A DNA stretch of 64,000 nucleotides from the NCBI GenBank assembly GCA_963822445.1, contig CAWGHO010000001.1:1-64000 (forward strand). Direction: 5' to 3'. Made by a program: the position numbers and the translations under genes. The DNA is from an uncultured Acidobacteriota bacterium (GTDB lineage: Bacteria > Acidobacteriota > Thermoanaerobaculia > Gp7-AA8). Below are positions 23,999-36,060 of this stretch, in pieces (within the stretch, counting starts at the first letter, position 1; every line of letters begins with the position of its first letter). The notes under the pieces are model-generated. The model ran no database searches. It saw only the letters and a program-made list of their open reading frames with translations, and had not been told where the DNA came from.

Positions 23999-25916
23999 AT
24001 GTGCGGGATTGTCGGGATTGTCGAGCGGAATCTCGAGCGGCCGGTGCCTCCGGGCGAGGTCGAGCGGATGGTGCGGACACTGAACCATCGCGGACCGGAC
24101 GAGGAGGGGAGCGTGCGGGCTGCCAGGAGTCGGCGCTCGCCATGCGCCGGCTGGCGATCGTGGATCTCGCCGGGCGGCCAGCAGCCGTTCAGCAACGAGG
24201 ACGGCACGATTCAGGTCGTCGCGAACGGCGAGATCTACAACTTCCCCGAGATCAAGCGTGAGCTGAGCCCCGCGGGCATGCATTCCGGTCGCGGTCGGAC
24301 ATCGAAGTCATCGTGCACGCGTATGAGGAGTATGGCGAAGCCTTCCTCAGCCGTCTGCGCGGGATGTTCGCGCTCGGCGCTCTGGGATGGGCCGGACCCG
24401 GACGCTCCCTCGCCGCGCGCGATCGGGCCGGCGAGAAACCGCTCTACTACACGCTCACGTCATCCGGCCTTCTGCTCGCCTCCGAGATCAAGGCACTGTT
24501 GTCCCGGCCGGAGGTGAACCGGACGATTGATTCTCGAGGCGCTCGATCAGTTCCTCACCTACGAATACATCATTGCACCGCGAACGATCTTCGCTGGCAT
24601 CCAGAAGCTGCCGGCGGCGCATTACCTCCTGTACCGCGCGGGCCAGGTCTCCGTGCACCGGTACTGGGACGCGGCCGCCGTCGAACCGAAGGCATGGTCC
24701 GAGCGTGATGCGGTGGAGGCGGTGCGCTCGACTCTTGGCCGGGCCGTGCGAAGCCAGATGATGGCGGATGTTCCGCTCGGGCTCTTCCTGTCCGGCGGGA
24801 TCGACTCGAGCGCGGTTGCGGTGCTGCTGAAAGACGCGCCGGGTGCCTCCGACGTTTCGAGCTTCAGCATGGGGTCGCGGACGGCAGCTATGACGAACTG
24901 CCGTTCGCGAGACAGGTCGCCGCCCTGTGCGGTACGCGCCACCACGAGGGCACGGTCACGCCGGACGTGGCCGGCCTGTTCGAGCGTCTCGTGGCTGCAC
25001 CTCGACGAGCCATTCGCGGACGTGTCCCTGTTCCCGACGTTCCTGGTCTCGCAGAGTGGCGCGGGAACACGTGAAGGTCGTGCTGACCGGCGACGGCGGC
25101 GACGAGCTGTTCGGCGGTACGATGCCTACGCGGCGCAGTCGCTGGCGGCGCGCTGGGAAGGACTCCCTCCCCGAGGCGGCGTCGCGCGGCTGGCCAGGGC
25201 GGTGGCTCAGCCTGCTGCCTCCAACCCGGAAGAAGAAAGGGCTGATCAACAAGAGCGCGCCGCTTCGTCGACGGCCTCGCGCATGCGCCGTCGAGCATCG
25301 CGCATTACCGGTGGATGACCTTTCCTCAGCCGATGTCGAGTGCCGGCTGTATCCCCTCCGGTTCCCGTGACGCGCTGCTGTCCGTCGACACCTACCAGCC
25401 GGTGCGTGATGCGCTGGCCTCGACCAAGAAGCCGACGACCTGCTGAACCGTCAGCTCTACGCCGACTCATGATCTATCTCGCCGACGACATCCTCGTGAA
25501 GGTGGATCGCATGAGCATGGCGACGTCGCTCGAAACGCGGGCGCCGTTTCTCGACGCCGACGTCATGGAGCTGGCCTTTTCGATGCCCGGTGACCTCAAG
25601 ATCCGCGGCGGCTACGCGCAATACGTGCTGAAGCAGGCGCTTCGCGGGCTGCTGCCGGATGGCAATCCTCGATCGATCGAAAGAAGGATTCAGCATCCCG
25701 ATGAAGACCTGGCTGCGCGGCGATCTGCGGCCGATGATGGAGCGGCTGCTGGCCCCCATCGTCTGGCGCGACGGCGGACTCATCGACGCCGGGGAAGTCA
25801 CGCGCCTGAGGCGCGAACACGTTGACGGGCGCGCCAATCACGCGCACGTGCTGTTCAGCCTGATGGTGTTCGAACAGTGGCGGGAAGGAGTCCGTCCACT
25901 GATGCCCGCCGGCTGA
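23999..25916 (+). CDS. asnB: Asparagine synthase-like glutamine amidotransferase
   Basis: MCGIVG (N-terminal Cys), HRGPD, NGEIYNF, RDRAGEKPLYY, FLSGGIDSS, TGDGGDELFGG, KVDRMSMATSLETRAPFLD. Confidence 0.95.
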
Positions 25917-25934
25917 CGTGGCATCAATCATGTT

Positions 25935-26032
25935 CCGAGGGACTCTCGTCCCCCGGACCCCCTTACACGCTCGCTCGCGGGGGCCCCTCGCGCCCCGCTC
26001 CGTCCCGTGGCTCGTTCGCTGCGCTCTCTCGC
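25935..26032. repeat. Intergenic palindromic element between convergent genes
   Basis: ccgagggactctcgtcccccggacccccttacacgctcgctcgcgggggcccctcgcg...cgctgcgctctctcgc with several short hairpins; style of an interspersed repeat. Confidence 0.45.
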
Positions 26033-26042
26033 AGCCGGCAAG

Positions 26043-27693
26043 CTACTCAGGCGTGCGATCGGGGATGGCGTAGACGCGATTCATGTCCTCGATTTCGCGG
26101 GCGGTCTGAGCCGGCGTCCAGGACAGCTCGTTCGCCATGACGTCGGCCGCGGCCTGCACGGCATCGGTGCCGGGATGACCGCCGGCGCCGGCCGCGGTGC
26201 GCCGGAGCAGGGCATCCGTGAGATGAAGGGCCATCTCCGAGCGGACCGAGTAGAGGATTTCCGCGCGAGTGACGGCGCACTGACGTCCGAGCGGACTGGC
26301 CAGGTCCGACGACTCCATCAGGAGGCGGCTTACGGCCTCGTGATTGGTTCCGGACGCCGCGATGAGGCGACGCACGAAGGAGGAGTCCAGCGGCGTTCCG
26401 GACGACGTGCTGGCTTTCATACTGTTCCAGATCAGCGATGTGGCCGCCGGGCAGCGGATCCTTCATCGGTTCCGCGATGCTGGCCGGCAAGCCCATTTTG
26501 CGGGCGACGCGCTCCGCAACCGCCGCCGCCGTCGCGCGCGCGGTCGTGTAGCGGACGCCGATGACGGTGATCAGTCCGTCGAGGCCATCGGCGGCATGGT
26601 CGTGGATGATGCTGCGCTTCAGGAGCGCTCCGGCGTCACGTGCGCGCGGGGGCGCGGGCAGCAGGCCGCGGTGAACCAGCCGCACGGCGTCCCGGTTCAA
26701 TCCGGCGCCGGGAAACGCCGCCACCGCGTCGGCCAGGAACGCATCGACGTGGGATCCGGTGATCGTGGGGACGCCGGTGTCCCCACGAAACCGATCGTGG
26801 CTGGTCCCGACGATCGACTGGTTCTGCCAGGGAACGAGGAACAGGAAGCGGCCCCTGGCGAGGCCGCCCGCGGCGCATGCCGGCGCCGGCCGGTCCAGGA
26901 CGACGTTCATGGCGAGCGACCAGGCCGGGCGCGGCCCGGTCGCGGCCGCTGTTCCGAGCCGTTCGAGGAGCCCGGCCGCCCAGGGACCGGCGGCGTTGAC
27001 GACGACTCGCGCGCGAATGTCAAAAGGGACGCCGGTCTCGAGATCCCGTGCGCGAATGCCAATGATTTGCCGCCCATTTCGGATCAGGGCCTGTACTTCG
27101 GCATAATTAAGGGTTGCAGCCCCCTTGTCGACCGCCGACTGCAGCAGGCCCATGGCGAAGCGTTCGGGGCTGTGCAACTGATAATCGTGCCAGAGCGCGC
27201 CGCCGGTCACGCCGGCCGGGTCGATCCAGGGGTTCAGATGGAGACAGTCGTTGCGTGAAATGACGCGGCTCGGAGGCAGTCGGCGCGAGGGGTCGATCCC
27301 GTCGTTGCGGTCGGCGGACAGCAGGTCGTACGCGGAGAGGAAGGCGCGCATCACTGCGGGATTGCGCGGCACTCGTCGTGTCGTGGGAATCACGAACGGC
27401 AGGACGCGCACCAGGTGTGGCGCAATGGCGGCGATCCCCCGGCGTTCGCGGACGAACTCGCGCATCACGGTCAGCGAGCCATGCTGCAGCGCGCGGATGC
27501 CGCCGTGGATGGTCTTGAGGCTGTTGAACGACGTCGCCGCGGCGAAGTCTCCACGCTCGACCACGACAACGCTGAGACCGCGGCCGGCGAGCTCGCGCGC
27601 GGCTGCCGCGCCGTACACGCCTCCGCCGATGACGACCGTGTCGAAAATTCCGGCCGTCACGCGTTCGAGGTCCCGAACCATCAGATGACTCAT
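26043..27693 (-). CDS. FAD-dependent glycerol-3-phosphate dehydrogenase/oxidase-like protein
   Basis: VIGGGVYG, ERGDFAAATSFNSLKTIHGGIRAL, VVNAAGPW, RYTTAR, LTDALLRRT. Confidence 0.88.
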
Positions 27694-27696
27694 TCT

Positions 27697-28694
27697 ATGT
27701 CACCGATCGCGAAGGTGCCGGCGGCTGGCGCGGACGTGCCTGGCCGCGCTGGCTGTGCTGTCTTCCGTCCAGTGCGGCGACACGCCCTCACCGGCGCCGG
27801 CGCCGACCCCGATTCCTCCGGTGGGCATCTCCTGTCCGTCGCGAGTCGATGGGCAGTCGGTCGATGGCTCGCCCGGTGGAGGTGACGCTGACGCAGCCGC
27901 AGGCCACGGGAGGCCAGGCGCCGGTCACGGTGACCTGCTCGAATCAATCGGGGCCGTTCCCGGTGGGTTCGACGACCGTTACCTGCCAGGCCACCGATTC
28001 GCGCGGCCAGTCGGCCTCCTGCAACTACCAGGTGGCGGTCCGGCCGCCGCCACGGCTGCGGTTTTCACGGTTCCTCTCCTTCGGCGACAGTTTGACCGAA
28101 GGGACGGTCTCGAACGGGCCGAGCCTGCTGCTCATCGTTAAGCCGGAATCGTATCCGGCGCAGCTCGAGCGGCGGCTGGGGATGCGCTACAAGGCACAGC
28201 GCGCCGGTCGTGCTCAACGATGGCGTAGGCGCGGAGTTCACGCCCGAAGGGCTGCGGCGGATCCGCTCCGAGCTGCTCCAGCATCGTCCCGAAGTGCTGC
28301 TGCTGATGGAAGGCACGAACGATCTGCTCGATACGGTGCGCGGCCCGGACACCGCCATCGCCAACCTGCGCAGCATGATCGTGGAGGCGAAGTCGTTGGG
28401 CGTCCAGGTTGCCCTCGCGACCATCCCGCCGCAGCGCGCCGGCGGTCTCCGCCGCCGCGACCCGGTCGTCGCGATCATTCCCGGCTTCAACGACCGCGTC
28501 CGCGGGCTGGCCGCCGCCGAGAACCTCGTGCTCGTCGACGTCTTCGCCGGCATGAAGGACGACCTCACGCTCATCGGGCTGGACGATTCCATCCGACCGT
28601 GCGCGGCTATGACGTGATGGCGGGAATCTACTTCGACGCGATCCAGCGAGCCTACGAGGAAACGCCGAGCACGCTCGGACGGATGCCATATTGA
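27697..28694 (+). CDS. Exported SGNH/GDSL hydrolase with HYR-like domain
   Basis: FPVGSTTVTCQATD (HYR); FGDSLTEG, EGTND, D..HPT..GY (SGNH blocks); Cys after the hydrophobic N-terminus. Confidence 0.85.
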
Positions 28695-29478
28695 CCGGAG
28701 CAAACGGCCGAGCCCCTTCCCACGAGCTAACCAGGCGCGTGCGCGAATACTGGAACGCACGCATTCACGATCTCGAGATGACCACGCAGCCGGTGGGCAC
28801 GCGTGCGTTCTTCGACGAGCTCGATGCCTACCGCTTCGACAAGCTGGCCTATCTCCCCGAGCTGATCGATTTCGGCGGGTTTCGCGGCAAGCGGCTCGTC
28901 GAGGTCGGCTGTGGCGTCGGCACCGATCTCGCCCGATTCGCCGCCGGCGGGGCAAAGGTCCTCGGCGTCGATCTTTCGGAAACCGCCATCGGACTTGCCA
29001 GGGCCAATCTCGCGTTGCATCACCTGAACGGCAGGGTCGTGGTCGCGGATGGAGGCGAGCTGCCGCTTCCGGATGCCAGCGTCGACGTCTTCTATGCGCA
29101 CGGAGTTCTACAGTACGCGGCAGAGCCGGTCGAATCGTCCTCGAAGCGCTTCGCGTGCTCAGGCCCGGCGGCACCGCTGTGTTCATGGTCTACAACCGGG
29201 TCTCCTGGCTCATCGCGCTGTCGAAGGTCATGAAGGTCGCGCTCGAGCACGAAGATGCCCCCGGGTTGCGACTCTACTCGGCAGGAGAGTTCCGCGAACT
29301 GCTCGAGGGGTTTCGACGCACCAGGATCGTGCCGGAACGGTTTCCCGTAAAGTCGCGGCTGCACCACGGCTGGAAAGCTGCGATCTACAACGGCGCATTC
29401 GTCGGGCTCTTCAACACCCTGCCGCGCAGACTCGTGCGACCATTGGGATGGCACCTGATGGCACTATGCGAGAAATAA
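28691..29478 (+). CDS. Class I SAM-dependent methyltransferase
   Basis: VREYWN, LVEVGCGVGTD, LPLPDASVD, LRPGG. Confidence 0.9.
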
Positions 29479-30441
29479 TTCTGATACCTCGGAGCCCTGA
29501 TTGCGCTGGCCTGCAGTGCACCGCCGGACGAGCGCAGCGAGAGTGAGGACCAGGCGCGCTCGAAGACGCCGTCCGCGAACACCGCGCTGCCGGCCGCGGT
29601 ATCCCCTTTCCCGCCGGGCTGACCGGAACGCTCGCGTTCGAGTCCGACCGCGAAGGCCGGCCGCGGATCTACACCATCGATCTCTCGGCGGGAAAGGTTA
29701 CGCGGCTCACGCAGGGCGGGGAGTGGCGCGACGAGAATCCGAGATGGTCGCCAGACGGAAGCGCATCGCGTTCGCGTCGACCCGTCAGAGCAGCAGCTTC
29801 GACATCTTTGTGATGAACGCGGACGGCACCAGCATCGAACGCCTGACCGACAACCCGGCCATCGAACACGACCCGACCTGGGATTCTGACGGGCGCAGCA
29901 TCATATTCAGCGGCGAGCGCGATGGGCGCGGCGAGCTGTATCGGGTCTGGCTGGGCTCACGACGGGTCGTCCGGCTGACCGACGGCATCAATCGCGCAAT
30001 CATGCCTGCGGTCTCGCCGGATGGAAATTCCGTTTCATGGGCGGGGCAGACCATCCGCTATTTCCAGATCCATGTCAGGGGGGTGAGCGATATCGGCGGC
30101 AACAGCGTCCAGCTGACGAGCGGCGAGCCCGCGTGCCGCCCGGCCTGGTCGCCTGATGGCCAGCAGGTCACGTACGTCCTCGGGGAAGATCCGTCGCGTC
30201 TAGGCATAGTCTCGGTCGCAACCAAGGAGGCGCGAACGCTCTTCGAGCACCCCTAAGTTGTGGCTGTACTACCCGGCTTTTTCTCGGGACGCGCGGCATG
30301 TCGCGTTTGCCGTCAGCCCGGAGCATCACCGGGGCGAAGGATTGGGACCTCGCGATCATCTCGACCGCGGCTCCCGACTCCAGCTTCCAGCGGCTGACGG
30401 CCGGGCCGGGGAACGATCGGCTGCCCGACTGGAAGCCTTAA
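29466..30441 (+). CDS. TolB-like PD40 beta-propeller lipoprotein
   Basis: LIALAC lipobox; repeats P.WSPDG, IFVMNADG, PAVSPDG, PAWSPDG. Confidence 0.82.
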
Positions 30442-30538
30442 ACGTGCTACGTGCCATGCTCTACGTGCTCACGTGCTCGTGCTCACGTGCCCACGTGCCC
30501 ACGTGCCCACGTGCCACGTGCCCACGTGCTCACGTGCC
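30442..30538. repeat. Short tandem repeat, about 12 copies of an (C)ACGTGC(C/T) unit
   Basis: acgtgctacgtgcc...cacgtgcccacgtgcccacgtgcccacgtgcc fills the gap between two convergent stop codons. Confidence 0.9.
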
Positions 30539-31843
30539 TTAGTGAAATCGGCCCTTGATGATCAGCAGGGGCAACGGCCGGAGGTTGACCGACTGGCCCG
30601 CTGCCAGCGTGTGCTGCTCGATCCGGGCGCCGGTCAGCGGATGGAGCACCTCAAACGTCATCGCGCGCCGTGCTTCGAGCTTCAGGCTGTTGACGACGCC
30701 GACCGGGACCACGAAGAACTGATCCTCCTTCACACCCGCCAGTAGCTCCGCTGCGCCATCGTTGTGACCATCCGGCCAGATGGCGCCGCGGGCGCCGCCG
30801 GCGTGCGGGATGAACGGGTGTTCCGCCGAATCATGGCGATGACGCCGCCAGTTGACGATGTCGGCGGGCAGGTACTTCTTCATCGCTGAAAACGCGGCGA
30901 GCGTCTGTTCGGCGTTCGGCATGTCCATCAAGCGCCGGCGGCCCCACACACCGGCATCGGTATGAAGCACGTACATCGCGACCCCGGCCAGGTACGAGGA
31001 CAGCGCCGCACCGACCAGCCGGACCGGATCCGTTTCGCTGTTCACTGAGCTCTCGGGACCGATCGGCTCGTTGCTCGACACGATTGGCGGCAGGCCTTTG
31101 CAGGTCAGCGTCCCCCATGGCGCCAGGACCGGCTCCCAGTTGCGCAGCGGACCGTTCACGTCGCGCGTGAAATGCTCCGTCAGGATCTGGACCTTCAGGT
31201 CCCGATACAGAGTCAAATGCGCCTCGCAGTCGTGCCCTTCCGAGTCGCTTACCGCGATCGGAATCGTCGTCCCGCTTGCGAGCCGTTCCGCGAGCTGACG
31301 GATCTGCTGGATACCGGCGGGGCCGCCGAAGCCGTTCTGCCAGCTTTCGTTAGCCACCTCGAAGTGCATGATCTTGTGCTCGCGGCCGCGCGACATCGCG
31401 AGAAACCGATCGACCAGCGCGACGCGATCGGCCGGCTCGGGGATCACCTGATCGGCATCGCCGAAGATCGTCCACTCGACGCGAATCCCGAATTGATCGT
31501 AAGCGTGATCCGTGACGCCGGCGATGACCTGGTCGTAGTCCGGCCATCGCCAGTCGATCTCGCGCCCGGCCCACACCGGCTGGCGCCCGACCACGCCGAG
31601 CGCGCGGATGTAGTCGAAGCCGTGGTCGGCGAGCAGTTTCAGATGTTCGTCGAGTCGTGGCCGGTCGTGTTTGTAGGCCCACGCCGCCCAGAACATGGTG
31701 GCGCCGAGCGCGGCAAACTCACCGCTCCCATCGGCCACCGCGCGTCCGCTGACGCGGATCGGACCCGAACGTTTCGGTTGAGCCGACGGGGGCGGGGCAG
31801 CGCAGAGGAGGGCGAGGAGAATCGCCAGGGCGAAGCGTCGCAT
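30539..31843 (-). CDS. Secreted protein, probable clan GH-A (GH5-like) TIM barrel
   Basis: Intact 434-aa ORF, signal peptide, GFDYIR, HFEVANE (acid/base-like) and SNEP (nucleophile-like) motifs. Confidence 0.6.
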   Translation of the reverse strand: MRRFALAILLALLCAAPPPSAQPKRSGPIRVSGRAVADGSGEFAALGATMFWAAWAYKHDRPRLDEHLKLLADHGFDYIRALGVVGRQPVWAGREIDWRWPDYDQVIAGVTDHAYDQFGIRVEWTIFGDADQVIPEPADRVALVDRFLAMSRGREHKIMHFEVANESWQNGFGGPAGIQQIRQLAERLASGTTIPIAVSDSEGHDCEAHLTLYRDLKVQILTEHFTRDVNGPLRNWEPVLAPWGTLTCKGLPPIVSSNEPIGPESSVNSETDPVRLVGAALSSYLAGVAMYVLHTDAGVWGRRRLMDMPNAEQTLAAFSAMKKYLPADIVNWRRHRHDSAEHPFIPHAGGARGAIWPDGHNDGAAELLAGVKEDQFFVVPVGVVNSLKLEARRAMTFEVLHPLTGARIEQHTLAAGQSVNLRPLPLLIIKGRFH

Positions 31844-31914
31844 GGCGATCAGTCATGCAGGATCGACGCCGGAAAGGCCTTTACAGGCTCTGCGCAGGCG
31901 GAAGATCTCGGGCG

Positions 31915-33082
31915 CTAGCGGACGCTTGCCGCAGCCGCCATTGCCGCCTTGTTGTGGTAGCGGCGCCGCTCGCGGCTGGCGCGGACGAGGAACTTCGCGT
32001 AGGGCACGACCTGCTTGATCGCCGCGACGTTCATCTGGCACGGGCTCAGGCAGGTCGGGCACTTCTCGTCGCGAATCCAGTCGCGGTGCGCCTGGCTGGC
32101 GGCGCGTGAAGTAGAGCTGCCTCGGGATCCGTCTCGCGGACGTTGCCGACGACCTCGCTGTTCTCGCAGAAGAACATGCCGCCGTCGGGATTGAGCATGA
32201 TGCCCTGGGTCTGGAACGGGCACGGCGCCATGCGGTGATAGCCGTTGGCGATCATGTCGGCGTAGTGCATGTAGATGTAGTTCTGGCCGTCGAGCAGCGG
32301 GTCCATGCCGCACGCGGTCGAGGAAGAACTGCGCGCATCCGCTCTTCTTCTGGCCGATCGGCTTCGCACGTCGCTTCGAGCTCGCTGTTGCCGAGCATGG
32401 CATCGGTGAAGCGGACCATGTTGAACACGATGTCCAGCTTCTCCTTGCTTCGCCCACGCCAGGATGTTCTCGGCGTCGTCGAGGTTCATGTGAGAAGATC
32501 GTGGTCGAGATGCCGAAGTTGAACGGGATGCTTCTTCTGCAGCTCCTGCATCGCGCGGATCGTCTGCGTTGGCCTTGTCGAAGCCGCGCTTCACCTTGCG
32601 CACCGTGTTGTGCATGTCGCCGACGCCGTCGATCGACACGCGGGTGCTGAAGATGACGCCGCGCTCGTCGCAGATCTCGACGATCTTCGTCAGCATCGGG
32701 ATGGCGCGATGCGGCGTCAGGCCGGTGGTGTTGATGCCGAACTTGCGCAGCCGCGGCAGCTTGTCGAGCATGACGCGGACGATGTCGACCAGGTCGTTGC
32801 GCGTGGTCGGCTCGCCACCGGAGATGTTGGCGTTCTCGATGTTCTTCCAGAGCGGCGAGCTCGAAGCCTTGCTCGATGTCGGCGAGCGTCATGTCGCGTC
32901 TTGCGGTCGCCGCGCGTCCAGTTGCTGCACATCTCGCAGCGGGCGTCGCAGACGAACGTGCAGTGGAAGATCAGGACGGTCGGGTGAATGGGCTTGTACT
33001 TCGCGACGTAGGAGTTGACGAGGTCGCGAGGCGCGCTCGCGGCAGCCTTGGCGAGGTACCGCAAGGCGTAGACTTGTGCCAT
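31915..33082 (-). CDS. Radical SAM protein with C-terminal Cys cluster (SPASM/twitch-like)
   Basis: CDARCEMC (CxxxCxxC), ISGGEP, INTTG, SIDG...H...R; C-terminal CPF...FFC...CPTCLSPC. Confidence 0.9.
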
Positions 33083-33168
33083 AAGTTGTTGATTATACAC
33101 GGATTCAGCGTATCGCATAGCTGAGCGCTTGACTGGCCGGCCGCGAGACTTGGTAGCGTCGGTCAAAT

Positions 33169-33717
33169 ATGCCCAGTCCGGCTGGGCCACGCGCTTGGTG
33201 GTCTGGCGACTCGGCCTGTTGACCACCGAACACGGCGGCTAAGCGTCCCGGCTACCTCTTCGATGCGCGCCTCGCTGGTTGCGGGCCGCCGTCCACGGCC
33301 GCGCTGCGGTCTTGTGCGCATGCGGTCGCCTGCGCTTCCTGACCTGGACCTGATCGCCGGCCAGCACAGCGGGATGACCCACAGCATTGGCTTCGTGGCG
33401 ATTGCCGGACTTGGCGCGCTCGCCTGGACACGGCAGCTGCCGGTTGGCGCTCGCGGGTGGCGCCTACGGCTCGCACGTGCTGTTCGACTGGCTCGGCCTC
33501 GACACGCCCCTCCGCTCGGGGTGATGGCGCTGTGGCCGTTCGACGCGAGCTTCTACATGTCGCCGTGGACGCCGCTGCCACCCGTATCCCGGCGGTACTG
33601 GCTGCCGGGTTCTGGCTGCGCAACGATGAAGGTCGCGCTCTTCGGAGCTGGTCATCTTCGGCTGCTTTTGCCGCGCTCGCTGGTGGCGCCGCGTGGCGAC
33701 GGAGCAGCAGGCGTGAC
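33169..33717 (+). CDS. Membrane-bound metal-dependent hydrolase (YdjM/DUF457-like)
   Basis: MPSP.GHAL, LPDLD, H.GMTHS, SHVLFDWL, LWPF. Confidence 0.8.
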
Positions 33718-33729
33718 GCGGAAGCGCGC

Positions 33730-34423
33730 ATGGAACGCAGAATCCGGTTCGAGGCGCGCGACGACTACGGCAACTTCGACGCGAACCTGCGGTTCCTCGA
33801 AGCGCGCCGGCGCGCTAAGCGGGGGACACGGACGCTCGAGATCGGCACCGGCAAGGGACGCATGCTGCGCGAGCTGCAGCGGCTCGGACTGCACGTGCGA
33901 GGGGATCGAGAACAACCGCTGGATGGTGGAGGAGAGCCGCCGTCTGCACGGCGATCTGCCCGGTGACACTGGTCACGGGCACACGCTCCCGTTCCCCGAC
34001 GCGTCCTTCGACGTCGTCATCAGCTTCGACGTGTTCGAGCACATCGCCGAGAGCGATGCGCACCTGCGCGAGGTCGGCCGCGTGCTGGTTCCGGGCGGGC
34101 GGTATCTGCTGCAGACGCCCGAACAAGTGGACGAACTCGGTGTTCGAAACCATCCGATGGCGGAGCTTCACGGCCTGGCGGAAGGATCACTGCGCCCTGC
34201 ACAGCTACGCGCAGGCGCAGCGGCGGTTTGCGAGACACCGGTTCGAGGTGCGCTTCCACGAGTCCCGGTCGTCACCGATTTCTTTCAAGCGCAAGGTGCG
34301 GCGTTACCTCGGCTCGGCCCGGGGCTGATGCCTGAAGGTCGTCAACCCCGATCGGCTGCCCATGCCGCTGCGGACCAACTTCTACATCGAAGCCGTCATG
34401 CGCGGCTGCGGCTCCTGAGATAG
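33730..34423 (+). CDS. Class I SAM-dependent methyltransferase
   Basis: LEIGTGKG, LPFPDASFDVVISFDVFEHI, RVLVPGG. Confidence 0.9.
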
Positions 34424-35335
34424 AGCAGGGCGCCGGGCAGGTTGGCAACGAGGCCGGTGAGCATGATCAGCGTCGAGAGCGCCAGCGCTTCGGGCTTGCC
34501 AACCGCCTTGCGCCTGCAGCAGCGCGACGATGACAACCTGCGGCAGCCCGAACCCGCCGAGCGAGATTGGCAGCAGCAGCCCGATCAGGCCGATTGGCAT
34601 GAACACCAGATAGTACGTGAACGGCACGTCGATGCCGATGCCGGTGCCGAGACGATAGGCCTGCACGATCCGGAGCAGTTGAAGACCGATCGAGAGCGCA
34701 GCACGGCGCCATTGCACGCCGCTGGCCGCGATACTGTGAGATCGCATCGGCGATGCGCGTGAACCTCAGCCCGATTCCGCGTTGCGCGCAACCGTTCCGG
34801 GATGGCGGCCCGGACCCAGCGATCTGCCCACAGCAGCGCCACGCATCCGATGCGCCGGCGGCCGCGGTCAGCAGCAGGATGCTCGCCGGCGTGCCCGTCT
34901 GCCGCCCCCAGGCGACCGCTCCGGCAAGACCCACGAGCAGCAAAGAGAACAGTCCAAGGACCCGGTCCATGGCGATGGAGGCGACGGCGTCGCTGCCTGC
35001 GCCGTCCGCTGGGTCAGGGTGTACGCCCGTGCGGCATCTCCACCGATTCCGCCGGGCGTGGAGCGCCGACGAACGAACTCACCAGATGGATCCAGGCCGC
35101 CGATTTGGCAGCGACACCTGCTGGCCGGTGGCGCGAATGAGGATGACCCATCGCCAGATGGTCACGGCGCGGTCGATAGCGAGCAGGGCGGCAGGACCAC
35201 AATCGCGGCAAGAGGCGACAGCCTGGCGAGCGCGCGTGCCGTGTCTCCGAGATCGATCGTCAGAGCAGATAGAGCGAGCACGACCGCGGTCAGCAGCGCC
35301 CGAAACCAGATCGACCCGGTCAGCCTCGCAATCAC
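34382..35335 (-). CDS. Lysylphosphatidylglycerol-synthase TM domain (flippase-like) protein
   Basis: RW..L, VSSFVG, MDRVLG, LLPISLGGFG; polytopic. Confidence 0.8.
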
Positions 35336-36054
35336 TCGACCGGCTTGCGGGCGACGAATTCGAGGGTTTAGAAGAGGTTCTTGCGGACCTGAAAAAGGAG
35401 GTCTTCGGTGTGGGTATACCGGGACAGCATGTCGAGGCCCGGGAGGTTGGCGAATATCGACGCCGGCAGCGAGCAGATCCCGCTTGACGCCGGTCGCCGC
35501 GCCGATGCTGCGGACGATCTGGCGGATGTCGAAGCCGCCGTCATACAACAGCTGCCGCACCCGGCGTTCGGTGGTGACGAAGTTGTGCGTATAGTCGACG
35601 TCCCAGAAGAACGCCCGCTCCTTGAGGTAATCAGGCACGACGATGAAGAGCATGCCGCCGGGCTTGAGTACGCGCCGGGCCTCGGCGACGAATTGCCGCG
35701 CGGCATCGATGCCCGACATGTGCTCGAGCACCTGGTCCGCGTAGACGACGTCGCAGCTCTCGTCGGCCACGGGGATGGGCGGTGCCCAGCCCTCGATGAC
35801 CTCGAGTCCCTTTTCCCTGAGTTGATCGATCAGAATCGTGCTGGCTTCGACGGCGCGGTAGCGCCAGCCGGCGTCTCGGCGAGGAGTGCGAGCGAGCCCT
35901 GGCCGGGACCGATTTCGAGGAACTCACCTGGCGGGGACGTGTGGCGCATCAGCAAGCCAAGACGCGAGCGCTCGGTGCGCCCGCGTCTTGCTTTGCCGAA
36001 ACCGGTCAGCTCTTTCTGGCGATCGGAAAACCAGCGATAGAAAGTGCCCGGCAA
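35332..36054 (-). CDS. Class I SAM-dependent methyltransferase
   Basis: FLEIGPGQG, DVVYADQVLEHM, RRVLKPGG, FWDVDYTH. Confidence 0.9.
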
Positions 36055-36060
36055 TACGCG

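Noticed and set aside
30442-30538. CRISPR array
   Set aside because: Units are 7-8 nt with no unique spacers, and no cas genes are present
31915-33082. RiPP maturase or ether-lipid (Tes/Mss) radical SAM
   Set aside because: There is no precursor peptide, RRE or B12-binding domain visible, and neighbours point to sugar tailoring; unresolved without a search
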